From Eledone cirrhosa (lineage: Eukaryota), in the NCBI GenBank assembly GCA_964016885.1, contig OZ024743.1:361584001-361648000 (forward strand): a DNA stretch of 64,000 bases, given 5' to 3'. The notes beneath the pieces were generated by a model. It searched no databases. It saw nothing but the letters and a program-made list of their open reading frames with translations, and was not told the origin of the DNA. Below are positions 13,426 to 26,700 of this stretch, in pieces. Position 1 is the stretch's first letter; every line of letters begins with the position of its first letter. The translations under genes were made by a program, and so were the position numbers.

Positions 13426-15270
13426 AACACAATAACGCAAGAATACAGACAACACTTACTGTTAACACGTAATATATCCAATACTTCCCACTACACTTCC
13501 CACTACAACACCGCTACCACAACATAATCAACCATTAAACTCTCCTACAGCACCACACCTAACTTTGCACAAAACATCGTCTCCTCTAACAACAAAAAAC
13601 TCAACCCCTATGGAAGAAATAACCTAGATAGCAGTGGAGAGCCGACCAGGAGGTGTAACTGTCCTGTTGGATCCATTTGCCCCCTCGACAACAGATGCAG
13701 AGATCGTAATGTGATCTACCAGTGCAACGTGAGGACGGACACCTCCAACAAAGCTTATATAGGATTAACCGCTTGTGACTTCAAGACCCGGCTATACCAA
13801 CACAGACATACTTTCCGAAACCCGGCCCGGCGTCATGCCACTACACTTTCGGGCCACATCTGGGACCTCAAAGATAACAATATAACCTATAATCTCACTG
13901 TCCAGAGCCAACTCTTACACGGGAGGACTCCGTCCGTGTAACTTATGCTCGGAGGAAACATTACAAATGCTGTTTTCGACGGATCAACTCCTAAACAAGA
14001 AAGACGAACTGGTAACTGCATGCAAACACAGATTGCGTTGGACATACCTCGCCCTCAAACCCCATAATGACCGGGGGGTAGACAAGGGCTGCAACACCCC
14101 ACTTGCCGACTTTGTAATGGGTAACCCCTGCTTACAAAGGTAGACATAACTTTTTTGTATAGATTTTCTTATATATTTTTTATCGTTTTCTCTATATTTC
14201 TTTCTCCCCCCCCCCCTCCCTTCCTAGTCCTTCCACCCCAGATCTCCTTCTTTTCACATTCTCGCCCACCCCGAGGCAGCCCTTCGGTCCTCTGTAGCCT
14301 CAGTACCCCCACCCTCCTAATTCTATGATAGAATTGGGCGATTCCGCTTATTATAGCAGATGTGCTAGACCCCAGATACTTGCTTTCTTATCTGATTGCT
14401 GCCCCATTTCCGTGATTTCTAGATTTCTTAGTGGTATTTCTGCTTTAGTTTCTCGTATATCAGTATTTTTTTTTGGGGGGGGGGGGATTCTGAATTAATT
14501 TTTCGTATTAGTTTTTCATATTTATCGTACGAGCATTTATGTAGTTTGTATTAGAATTCATGTATTGTAGCAGTACTCATATATATCGTATTAGTATTCA
14601 TATTTCGGGATCTGAATTAATATTTCGTATTAGTTTCGGGACTCTGAATTCTTAATAGTTTTTTTAGTATTTTGACCCCCTACTTGTTGACCTGTCATTG
14701 TAAGATAGATTTGGCCGATTACTACTAACTCATAAAATTCTTTCACTACAATCTCGTATTTAGTATTCCGTCCCACCTATTAAACTTTTCTATAGCTTAG
14801 CAGTACCAGTGAGAGATTTGATGATTGTGGAAGGGGAATAGTAACCAGAAATTGTGTTTTTTTTCATATTTTTCATATTTTTTATATTTTTCTATACATT
14901 TACTCCATATAGAATTACTTGTTGTTTCGACTTGCTCTCCCGTCCCCTTCTCTAGTATACTTTTTTCGACCTCCTATCCTTAGAATATGCTGTAGTTGTC
15001 ACTTTCAACGCTCGACTGGGTTTCCTCCACTCCATCTCCCTCTTTCTCCTACTGGTAGGTTCAGCTACCCCTACCTTCCACAAAATGCCATGATAGAATC
15101 ATGTGTCTCAACAACAAACTTTTGATCAATCCTTGTGACAATCACTTTTACCATATATGGAATTACTCCCTGAGAAGTTCGGCTATTCATTTACCGGGAT
15201 AAAAGTTTTCATTTAGTCCAGAATTAGCCGTTGAAATGGCTTGGGCTGAGCCGTCGGGGTCCTACTCGTT

Positions 15271-15272
<2 letters not shown>
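13425..15272 (+). mobile_element. 5'-truncated Penelope-like element: C-terminal GIY-YIG endonuclease with CxCx5C linker, long 3' region and pLTR hammerhead, ending in (TA)n
   Basis: IKLSYSTTPN..RCNCPVGSICPLDNRCRDRNVIYQC..YIGLT..FKTRLYQH..TTLSGHIWDLK..CNLC.EE..LLNKKDEL..CKH, stop near 14067; the motif set resembles the Hydra clade as I recall it. Confidence 0.85.
15165..15260 (+). ncRNA. Type I hammerhead motif with stable stem III and one core substitution
   Basis: actcc CTGAGAA gtt cggcta..tagccg tt GAAA tggct tgggctg agccg TC ggggt; stem I actcc/ggggt; site GUC. Confidence 0.7.
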
Positions 15273-15355
<83 letters not shown>

Positions 15356-15394
15356 GTAAATATACACGGGTGTGTATGATTGTGTATAGAAGAT

Positions 15395-15521
15395 TATATT
15401 AATAAGAGGAATTCCAACTTTGTCAATTAACACTTAGAATTTAATATTCTATCATACTATTTCATTATTTGTAAATAAAACGAGTAAATCAGACAAAGTT
15501 GGAATTCCTCTTATTAATATA
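15395..15521. repeat. 30-bp inverted repeat with 67-bp spacer next to (TA)n
   Basis: tatattaataagaggaattccaactttgtc ... gacaaagttggaattcctcttattaatata. Confidence 0.9.
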
Positions 15522-15663
15522 TATATATATGAATGTATATATCGTGTATGCTTAATTAATGTATATATAGCGTATGCTTAATTAAAAGCATTTTGAAGAC
15601 CTGACGCTATTGTTTTAAAGTAGTGACTATGTCACTTACTTCTTTTTTCAACAAACAAAGGGA

Positions 15664-15715
15664 GATAAGCTGACAGATCTCTGTTTCATACTGTTGGTAT
15701 TCCTCAGAGCTTATC
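15664..15715 (-). ncRNA. Intact type I hammerhead ribozyme
   Basis: gataagct CTGAGGA atac caaca gtat GAAA caga ga tctg TC agcttatc; perfect 8-bp stem I, 4-bp stem II, stem III, site GUC. Confidence 0.9.
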
Positions 15716-15964
15716 ACTCCCCTTGTTTGTTGAACATTATGACATAGTCACTACTTTAAAACAATAACGTAAGATCTTCAAAATGCTTTTAATTAAGTAT
15801 ACAGTGTTTTACCAAATACACTGTATATACATCGCTATTTCAGAGCACGAATTCTAATTTTCAATTTTTGCTGGACCGGCAATCGCTCTGTATAATCAGT
15901 TCCTGATTATTATTGGAATTCTATAAGAATCCAACATTCATAATTTTCAACAAACAAGAGGAGT

Positions 15965-16016
15965 GCTGATCTCTGAGGAATACAAACAGTATGAAACAGA
16001 GATCTGTCAGCTTATC
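15965..16016 (+). ncRNA. Type I hammerhead ribozyme, core intact, stem I partly mutated
   Basis: gctgatct CTGAGGA atac aaaca gtat GAAA cagagatctg TC agcttatc. Confidence 0.8.
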
Positions 16017-16714
16017 TCCTTTTGTTTGTTGAAAAAAGAAGTAAGTGACATAGTCACTACTTTAAAACAATAGCGTAAGGTCTTCAAAATGCTTTTAATT
16101 AAGCATACAGTGTATTACCAAATACATTATATATACATTCATATATACATCGCTATTTCAGAGCACCAATTCTAATGTTATTTATATAATATGTTTTTGT
16201 ACATGTGTACTTGTGTATATGTTTGTGCGCATTTAATAATAATTACTGTATATATTATGTTTTGCACATATATATTGAGTTCCAAATAGTACCTCATTAG
16301 TATCTGCATGTCTCCATTAAATTTTCTGTGCCAAATTATTTTTTCCACTAATATAAGTGTAGCTAAAGTTTCTCACACCTAAATAACCAATTTTCTATCT
16401 CAACTGTCACCTCACTAGATAGTGTGGCTACTTGAAACATAGAAAACAGAAACATATCTGACAAGGTTAGCGTAGCAGGTTAAATTGATACATCTTATTT
16501 GACAATGAGTGTTTAAGACTGAATGAAGGTCAAAGCTTTATCGGAAATAGAATATCTAATTAATCATCATAAAGTTTATCCTGAATAATTAGCTTAAAGC
16601 GAGTATGGCATGCTGATAAAATCAGATCTGATATAATTTGGAAGTATATATATATATATGAGTTGTAATAAAATGAAAACGAAATTTCATTTCTCACTCT
16701 TAGTACGGCATACT

Positions 16715-16811
<97 letters not shown>

Positions 16812-17559
16812 GTTCCGTAAATGTATAGTATGAATTAGGGGTGAAATGTATATATGGAATAAGTGGTATGTATGCTCCAAAACATGTTTCTGTGCATATA
16901 TCTATATATGCATATATATTCGCCTAGTTTGTTTTTCGTATTATTATTTTCTTTCTTCTTCTTCGTCGTCGTCCGCATATTCCTGGAGAATTTCAAGTAT
17001 ATCGAGTTGTTTTCATGATTGAAAAAAGGCAGCTGAAAAGATAGTTCACCCGCTTCAAACCTCAACCATCGGAAAAGGGGAGATATGTATAAAAGCCTAA
17101 ATCACTCTGTTCAGTTTAGTGTATATATCAACCATATTCAAGATGACAATTCTTGAGTAATGATCAAACGAATACGTTTGTGAAGAAAAGGTACCTACAT
17201 GGGATTACTCATAGATTATCGTTACCAGACAGGATGAGTAGCACGGAGATCAGTGAGTCCTTCCAGTTGGACTTCTTCGCATCAAGAGATGACAGGTCCA
17301 ATACACGTCGTCGGAATGCTGAATAAAAGGGTTGATGAATACTTAAGGATAGAGTCGCAAAGCCAAATTTTAAGAAGCCCAAAGGCAGGCAATAACCATG
17401 ATGGTTGGTTAATATTCTCTTAGATTTCGGTTTGGATGTATCAGAGATGGTTCCTCCTAATAATAATTTCTTTATTAACCACAAAGGGTTTACATCAAGA
17501 AAAACATTATAACGGCAATGGATGAAAACATAGTGTTTGTGTGTATGTGTTGGGATGTG

Positions 17560-18735
17560 GGTTGTACGTGTAAACAAATTTTAACAATGTTAAAATAGAA
17601 AGATAACAATAACATTAAAACAAATGAACGTTCCTAAATAATTATGTGAGATTCGACGGTTACTCGTGGAATAAAACCCGTAAAACCATTGGTGTACCTA
17701 TCTCGAGGGTAACTGCCCTGTCCCAGTTGTTCTTCTCTAATCTACAGGCTCACACTCAGAGAGGGCCGATTCACTCAGTCCACGTTCACCTCTCTCACCC
17801 ACCTTTCACCAAATTGCTTTGCAGACGGCACTTCTCCCCGACCTTCCTCCTCAAGAGAAACCTGAAGAAGTTTATCAGGGATTCACCGAAGAGGAAAGTG
17901 CTCGTCTTCAAACCTTTCAAGTGCATCTTGACCAAAGGAAGACAGCCGGACAATCTTCACACTGGACTCGGCCGAATTGCCAGACGTGTCCTACACACGA
18001 CAACAGGTTTTCTATATAAACCCACATGTCAGCAATGTTCAGACACTGGACGAATGCACGCAGGACAGTTTCGTCACCCTGTGCGAATCTCGGACAAGCC
18101 CGGCTGAAGGCACTTCCATGCCTGAAGAGTTTATCTCAAACTGGAAAAGCTCTTCAGTAGTACTGCTAGGACAGGGATTTCTGGAAATTATCCATGGACC
18201 TTGGACAGAAAGTCTTCCCGAAAAGCATGGCTAGTTAGTTTTCGTCGACGTCTAGAGTTTCCATAGGGACGTCGTCGCTTTCATTCGCCACTAACCCTTT
18301 ATAGAACGCCAAGGTGGAGTGTCCACCGATCGTAGTACCCAATTGGCAGAGGATTGTGAACGCCTGAAGATATTCCAGTTTCCAAGCGCTCTCCCTCGGT
18401 CGCCACGTGTCTCAGAAGTGTAGCTCCGTTAAAGAGACGAGCTGGGGGAACATGTGTCTGGCAGATGACAACAACGCCTCTTCACCGTTAATGAAAAGAT
18501 GGTTATGTTGCATCAGTGCATGTCTGTGCATCATCAACCTCGGCCTTCCCAGTCCTCCACGTAGCGTTTGTTGACAGCAGATGGCCCGTTTAACGATGAG
18601 AACGCGTCCTTTCCACAAGAAGCAGAAGAACAAACGCTCCAGTACACCCAGACAGGGTTTAGAGAAAGGCACGACGGTGAGGCGGTAGTAGATGACAGAC
18701 GGCATGTACACGTTCGCCACCTCTGCCCAAATGGA
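17560..18735 (-). mobile_element. L1/Tx1-clade LINE 3' fragment (diverged subfamily)
   Basis: AEVANVYMPSVIYYRLTVVP..LERLFFCFLWKGR..GGLGRP matches the frame at 6711-6920; C-terminal Cys region follows. Confidence 0.85.
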
Positions 18736-18889
18736 AGACATTGTTACTGTAGCTGCTGATTGACTAGGGTTACAGATGCCATGCATTTATCAATATTAAA
18801 TTACAAGTTGTAGTTATTCGGTTATGACAATGGTGTTGATATAATTTTAGCAATCTTGTCACAAACCACAAAATAACTATAGGACAAAG

Positions 18890-19760
18890 AAAGGGGCTTA
18901 CAAAGCTGAGCAAGGAAATAAGTCTTTCTTGCACTTGCGTTTCAAGCAGGCACTAAATGTCGTCGTAGAGACAGTAAAGTCATCCAAAGTCAAATCATTC
19001 GAGGACTCTGGGCTTAGGCTGGAATGCGACTTCAGATCAGCAAATAAAATGTCCAGACAGACCACCAACGGACTTCGTAATAAGCTGTTCTCCACCACAC
19101 CTGATCACAGCTGCGGGTTTGGTGTTCTCTTGGGAGAGCCTTGCAAGGTGGAGAGTATACTTTGCTGATCTCTTAAATGTGATCACAACAGCATCTTCTG
19201 ATTGACACGAGGTACATCCTGGGAGCGATGTCAAATCTCTTGGACGCTGAGGTCACAAGAACAATTAAAAGCTTAAATGTAGCAAGACAACTGGGGAGTA
19301 TGAAATTCAGCGTGATATGTTAAAGCCCTTAAATAAAGAGTGTACTCTTTGGCGCACTCAAGTGTGCCGAGTTGCCTGGATCTCTGGAAAGGTACCTCAG
19401 CAATGTGAATCGGGATTGATAATACCAATTTTTTAAAAGGGAGACAAGAGAGATTGTTCCAGTTATAGAGGGATCATATTTTTAAAACTCCCCCACCGAA
19501 GTTTGTGCTAAGTCTATGACAAAGTGATGTAGGGATATTGTCGAGTCCAAGTTAGTTAATGAACACTGTGGTTTTCGCCCCGGACACAACTGAGACGACC
19601 AAATATTCACTTTGCGGGAAGTTTTTAAGAAATCGTCGTACTATTGCCAAAAGGTGTATTCGTATTCTTGCTTTGTAGAACTTGAAACGGCATATGACCA
19701 CGTTACACAGGATCTGCTGTGGAAGGATTTGCAGTAGTGTGGGATCAATGGACTATTTCT
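18890..19760 (+). mobile_element. RTE-type LINE internal fragment (linker and RT N-terminal half), decayed
   Basis: KSFEDSGLRLECDFRSANK; GLIIPIF-KKGDKRDCSSYRGI; EHCGFRPG; DQIFTLR; CFVELETAYD. Confidence 0.8.
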
Positions 19761-21417
19761 TGTTGACCTGATGTTAGCCCACTGAGAGTGAGAGATACCT
19801 ACTTCTTGTTATATTATTCTAGGAGAAGGTAAACTCTGGCATAACATTTTCAACTCGATAATGTTGACCTGTGACCCTTCTTCAGAGAGTGGTTTTGGTC
19901 GAGTACAAAACATTTCATTCCTTACAATAGCTTCAAACATAGACATATCTTGATCTAAACGACACTTATGTGTTTTGCGTAAGCATGCCTTTTTCGCTGT
20001 AGCTTATGTAGAAAGACTCTAAATCCTTGACTGGGATAAAAGTCATGTCCGTGCCACCCTTGTGTGAGTAAAAGGTGAAGGGATGGTAATCCTCGAAACT
20101 GAGATGCCTCCATTATGTATATATGTGTGTAAGGTGACATTGTCCAATGTGTGATTTCAATTTTATTATAATATTGCTTCATTTTAGCGAGTTTGTGTTC
20201 TATTTTTGGCGATTGAATGAACATTTGCAAATGTTGTTTTTATTGTTGTTGTTGATGTTACAGTTATCATTGTTGTTTCAGTCATGGCCTGAATTCAACT
20301 AATCAAAAGTATGCTGAAAGGCTGATCAACCATATTAATATACTTAGATGTGAAGCAAACTTCTTAACTACATGCTTATACCTTCGTACAAAATTAATCA
20401 ATAGATTTGAACAGATCGGACGCACATTTCATATGATTCAGATGTTCGGCTTAGTCATGTGTTTAGGAACTGCATCGGTACACCTAATGTTTACCCAGAT
20501 GACAGATTACGTTTTCTGCACTAGAACAATAAATTATCTATGGATGGGTTTCTTACAGTTTCCATGTAATGAATACTACATATTGTACTTTTGTTAAACC
20601 CCAGGTTATCCTATAATCACACGTACTCAATTACTGTATAGTGGTTGTGGAAATCATTCACCCAGGCACACATGTCCGCTTCCTATAAGGTGTACCTTTT
20701 AACCAATCTCTCACTAGGTAAACATTGAAAGTTACTGAATATGGGCCCAAAGTGTTTATAAGGATACGTTCTTGGGTAGCAGTCCTTTGTTGCTCAGCCA
20801 AGTATCTGAGTAAACTCAATATGAATAGATTTGGCCCCAAATCTCAGCAATATTATGAGTCATAGTTTGATCATGTTTAAACCCATATTCAACAGTTTCA
20901 TAATATTTTGATACCTAAACGGGGCATGGTTAGTTAGAGAATAATAAGCAACAGATCTATTAACAGCTTCCGAGACTCTTTTTGGTAGTTCCGAATCTAT
21001 GATATTGACGAGTTATAAGATGGAACAATTACACGAAGCTGTTCCTAATAGGTATGCATACTCTTTGTTAATTTTTCTCATAATATTTATTATATTATCA
21101 ATTTTTAAAAATCTTTATTTCTTAATCTTCAGAGTCTCGATTTCTTAATCATTAATTGATAATGCAATTCTAATTATAATGCTACATTATCACGAAAAAT
21201 TTGATTATCAAATCCAACCCACATTAATTAATAGATATAGATAGACAGACACAGATGGTTCATACGAAGTATAGAGAAAAACGTATAGGATTCTAGGATA
21301 GGCGTAAATGTATAGCATTTATAAATATCCATGCATAACGATAACATATTTATTCATGTGTATCGTCTCTCTGGGCCTCCCTCTCGCTCACTCGAGCGAT
21401 CGAGCGATTGCTATCTA

Positions 21418-21468
<51 letters not shown>

Positions 21469-21471
21469 ATT

Positions 21472-21508
<37 letters not shown>

Positions 21509-21514
21509 ATATAT

Positions 21515-21573
<59 letters not shown>

Positions 21574-21631
21574 ATATATATATTATTAATGTGTACTCAG
21601 ATACACATATACACAAACACACGCACACAAA

Positions 21632-21703
<72 letters not shown>

Positions 21704-21734
21704 ATATATATATATGTATATGTATATGTTTATC

Positions 21735-21834
21735 CCGGGCTCAATCAGGCGTAACCACAGTAAGGTACTCAATACATAGCTAATGATTTCTCCCGAATGA
21801 AACAGTTCTAGTCCTGTAAAAGCCCATTCTATAT

Positions 21835-21838
<4 letters not shown>
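21735..21838 (+). repeat. Short segment between microsatellites with a degenerate hammerhead-like motif
   Basis: tag CTAATGA tttc tccc gaat GAAA cagtt cta; shares gtactcaatac with 48430 (inverted) and 61755. Confidence 0.35.
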
Positions 21839-21897
<59 letters not shown>

Positions 21898-22861
21898 AGT
21901 AAGTATGTTTTGAAACAGTGAGCAGGTTTGAAATTAGAAAATAGAATAGCTTTCACCGTATTTTTTACTAAAGGAATTTAGGCCTGATAATGTGGTTTAG
22001 AACCTTCAGATAAATTAAAAAATATGAGTATTGACGTATATATATATTGTGAGAACGAGATGGAAATGAGAGATGGATGTATAGAAATTGTATTGAGAAG
22101 TATATCTGTCCAGAAACATATATATTTGTCGCTTATTAATGTTTATATTCAAACACACACGCATGTATGTGTGTGTGCGTGTGTGTACACAAATTAGTTT
22201 GGGAATGAATATTTTCCAATGATTTACCTTTACAGTTTATTTACTTGTATTTAATTGTGTCTTTGTTATTGTCTATTTAGTTTATTTTCTTTATCTTGTC
22301 TTCGTTGACTTTTCCTTAAAATTTCTCCATTCTATAATGGAAATGATGATATCATATCAATTTAGGTTATTTATATCAGTTACTTAAACATCGTATGTGT
22401 GACATTTCAATTATCGTTCATTACAGCACTATATTTATTTGGATGCATTCGAGAATTCTATTGAGACATTAGATCTAACAGCAGGAAGAACTTTAATAGT
22501 TTCATTTAAATGTTCTATGGTAAATAACTTAATGGAAAATCGAGAAAAACATTATTGGTTATTTTGTTTACTTCTTTTGGTGTTTCTTCCTTATATCCTT
22601 ATTGCCATAGCCATAAGAAATATTTCAATAACAATTGAAAGGAATCATTACCATTGTGATTGTTATCATTTTGTTACTTTCGTGTTTTATATTGTTATTG
22701 CTTCTATTCCGTACAGTAAAATGTTTAAACACCGCCTTGACTCAAAATAACTTTGTGTATCAATTGAAACAGAAATGGAATAAAATGGAATTATTTAACC
22801 TAAATTTCTATCTGTTTAGCTCTTTTCCCTTCTCCTTCGCTCTCATTATGATTATATATAA

Positions 22862-23052
22862 AGGGTGGTGGATTGGCAGTATCGGTAGAGGTCGGACGCC
22901 ATGTTTGCAGCATAGTTACGTCCCTTTACGATCTGAGTTCAAATCCCGCCGAGGTCAACTTTGCCTTTCATCCTTACGGGGGTCAATAAAATAAAATACC
23001 AGTAATGCACTGGGTAATTGCTGGCCTTGTGCCTAAAGTAGAAACAATTATG
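22862..23052 (+). mobile_element. tRNA-derived SINE (cephalopod family, Meta-like central domain)
   Basis: A-box-like tggcagtatcgg, B-box gagttcaaatccc, body gaggtcaactttgcctttcatcc..gtcaataaaat..accagt; four copies in the window. Confidence 0.85.
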
Positions 23053-23401
23053 ATTATATATATGTGTGTGTATGTGTGTGCGTGTGTGTGTATCTGTGTG
23101 TGTGTGTGTGTGTGTTTCTGTATATGAATAGATATATTATATAGAGAGGTAGATAGATATAAATATAAATATAATGCATTAACAATAATACAGAAAATTA
23201 GGAGAGAATGTGTATGAATAGTGAAAACAAAAATCAAAACACGGAAACTACATTCATAAGGTGTCGGCCGGATTCCATCGGTTTTTCAACCTAAACGAAA
23301 GGAAAGAATACGAGAAGCAGAAAACGGGAATAGTGTGACAAAGTTTTATTGTAGTGTTCCCTCTTTTTGTCATGCTAGTTAAAGGCAGAGGAAAGGAGAA
23401 A

Positions 23402-23592
23402 TATAATTGTTTCTACTTTAGGCACAAGGCCAGCAATTACCCAGTACATTACTGGTACTTTATTTTATCGACTCCGTAAGGATGAAAGGCAAAGTTAACC
23501 TCGGCGGGATTTGAACTCAGACTGTAAAAGGACGTAACCATGCTAGAAAGCATGGCGTCCAACCCTCTACTGATACTGCCAATCCACCGCCC
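23402..23592 (-). mobile_element. tRNA-derived SINE, same family, inverted relative to 22862-23052
   Basis: Reverse complement matches over the full length. Confidence 0.85.
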
Positions 23593-23798
23593 AATTCACC
23601 CAGGAAAGGAGAAATATAATGAAGGATAAATAAATAGATAAACAGATGTGAGAAAGATTGACGTGGTAGCAGCAGCAACAAAAGGATGTCATGCGAAGAG
23701 ACAACGATGGAAAATAGAGCGATAGGCTAATTAACATAGATGAGGATTTAGAAAGGTGATGCGATAAAATGATGACCTAGAGTACAGATATATATATA

Positions 23799-26700
23799 CT
23801 AGCTGACGTACTCAGCTTCGCCCGGGTAAACAGATGATAAGAGAAGACAGGTAAAAGAGAAAATGACTGTATTGGATGTTTGTCTGGTTACAGTATGAGG
23901 CGAGTTGTCCGTCAATGTAAAGAAGGTCCCTATTTACTTGAAATGGTTTATACAAATGCCAAATTAATATGGCTATGGATAACATGCTTATCTATAAGTG
24001 GTCAGCTATAATAATAAAACAACAAATTATATGACACAAAAATGTATTCAGTAATTTCCAGGTCTTAGCCACTGAGTAATAGACAGTCAATATTGCCTAG
24101 AGTTCAACTCGGGGAGGTGGCCTGGTTTAAACTCCAAATGGCGAATCCTTCTACTTCGAAAATTGAATCGTTTTTCAATATTACTCTAGCCCTGGCCGGC
24201 CATAGGCACCTAACGTTTTGCCAGACTCAGCATATGATGAGGTTTTATTACCACCGCTATCAGAAGCGATAAATTTGAAGGCAATTTCTACCAATACTTG
24301 TTTTTTTATTGCTCATTATCGACAATAAATGACATTGAACATAAATGATAACTCTATCAAAGCTCACAATACTGATGAAAGGGCACCAATGTCCGAATCA
24401 TTTACGTCGTTTATTGATAGCATTAAATATATGCATACATCAGCTCAAAGCTTCATTATAGACAATATTCAGGGTTGTTCCTCTGTTAGTGGTATCAATA
24501 GCAAATTTTATACCACCAGGATCGCACACTCGAGATGCAGCAACATACAGTTGCCCATGGCTGAATGCTGGATTATTCAACTAGACACTGACTCGCATGA
24601 AAGTCTGTCCCTGTGCCTTGTTGACAGTCATGGAGAAGGCCAAATTGACCGGAAACTGTCTCCTTTGCCAAATAAATGGCAGCAGATTTTCACTTGGTCT
24701 CAGCATGATCCTCGGAATGAGAACTGATTCCTCTCTACCTGGGAGTTTAGCTTCTAAAACTCTTCCGTTAATCAATCTCTCAACAATCAATCTGGTGCCA
24801 TTGCAAAGACCCATTTTATGATTGATATTTCTAAGCAATATAATCGGCATACCCTTTTTCGACCTCAAAATATGTGGGGGAAATCCGGGTATTTGAAGTG
24901 AATTCAGATACTCAGTCGGAACCTCCATATTGTTCTGCTGATTAGGCTCCATTGCATCCGCACTGACGGTCAACCATTCCTCTCCAGGAAACATTCCGGC
25001 TACTTCTGAATTTATTTCATCGACCGTTGCATTCGTATAGTAAGAATAACGGGTTCCGATATCCAGGAGATATTCTGCCAAAAAGCATTCAAATTAGGAA
25101 ACACCGAGTCAATCAATGCTTGGCGGTCCAGTGGCATGACCAAATGGTCTGGGATTCTTACAGTCTGATTATCACCAACGTGTGGCAATTCATCGTTTCC
25201 CAACTGCATCAACCATCGGCCGTATATCTCAGCTTCTTCGTTTTGCCCGAACATACGAAGTCGCATATTATCGTGTAATCGCAAAACTCTGAAATGGCCC
25301 CACAACGGGGACTTTTCAGACATGCATCGACAATTTGCGCTCTTTGAGCATTCCTAACAATTGGTAGCACCTGTCTGAAATCGCCACCAAGAACGATAGT
25401 CTTACCACCGAATGGCAGGTCACTACCGCAAAGTTCTGTCCAATGCCTCCAGCAAATATATGTGTGCCATTGGAGCCTCGTCCCAAATAATCAGAGACGT
25501 ATTGCGTATAAGGCCCACGAGTTCACTTTGTCCTGTAATGTTACAGACACTCAACTCATCCGGAGCCAATGGAGCCTTGAAGCATGAGTGGAAAGTCTTT
25601 CCACCACTCAGCAAAGTGTCAGCGATTCCACTGGTGGCCACAGGGAGAGCAATCTTCCTCTGAGCTCTGACTGCCGATAACATAGTGTTGAAACATAATG
25701 TCTTTCCGGTGCCTCCTGGAGCATCTATGAAAGCACAAAGTTACTCATTAGTAGAAATGGAGGGGAGAACGCCATCGACCAATTCTCTCTGAGATTGGGT
25801 CAACATTAGCATACGTTCATCCACAATACGTTGCTGTTCCAGTGGCTCAAACTGGAATAGTTCCCTCCGATCGAGTGGCAACCGTCTAAGCTGCAATCTT
25901 ATGTTCAATGGTAAGACATGTTGCCGCATTTCTTCATCAGGAATTGGCAAATTGAAATCTCTTAAACATTTCAAATGAAATTCAAGCAGTTGCTCAATAT
26001 TGAGCAAAACAATAGCCTTCATCAAATTTTCATCATCGACCTGAAGATGATGCCTAAAATCATCAGCCATAATTCCCCAATGGCGTTCAAATAACACTCT
26101 TGGATCGGCAGGATTGTAGAATCCTAGAATCGTAACAAACAACTGCCTTATTTGAGCTGGCATCTGTGTTGTTCCTGCAGCTCCCATGGCGTTATTCCAT
26201 TCAGCGTCACCCTGAAGGAGTCCCAGATGTTGACACACAGCCTGGTATGTTTCATATTCCACGCCATTGACTGTTTTCAAATCAGCGAAGCTCTGTTTAC
26301 CTCTCGAAAATCACTATGCAACAGAATTCGGAGATAAAATACATCACCAGATGCTGGATGGACATTACAAACCTATCCAATAGTCATGAATCTCAACTTT
26401 TGTTTTCTATCATTCCATTTCTTTCCCTTCTTATCCCACGTATAGTGCGAAGGGAAATCGCACTAGAGTTGCCTTTGATCCTGGTTCAAAGCATGTTCCC
26501 TATTATGCTTGAACCACTCAGTCAATTCCGTCTCAGGAGGTGGTGCGTTAGCAATTCTTTCGACACCTCTTCTAGTGTCCTGAAAACAGACCATCTCTAA
26601 GTGAACTGTCAGTTTCTGAACGCTGGGTTTGCGTTCATTGAGATGAAAATCGAATAATCTCCAGCAAGCTTCGCTAGATCCAATCGAGCAAACATCCTGG

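Larger units (their letters stand above)
15572..16180. repeat. Inverted plus tandem array of one pLTR-like unit: minus 15572-15735, partial plus 15738-15858, plus 15945-16180
   Basis: gacatagtcactactttaaaacaatagcgtaaggtcttcaaaatgcttttaattaagcatac occurs three times; another truncated copy at 52780-52903. Confidence 0.9.
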
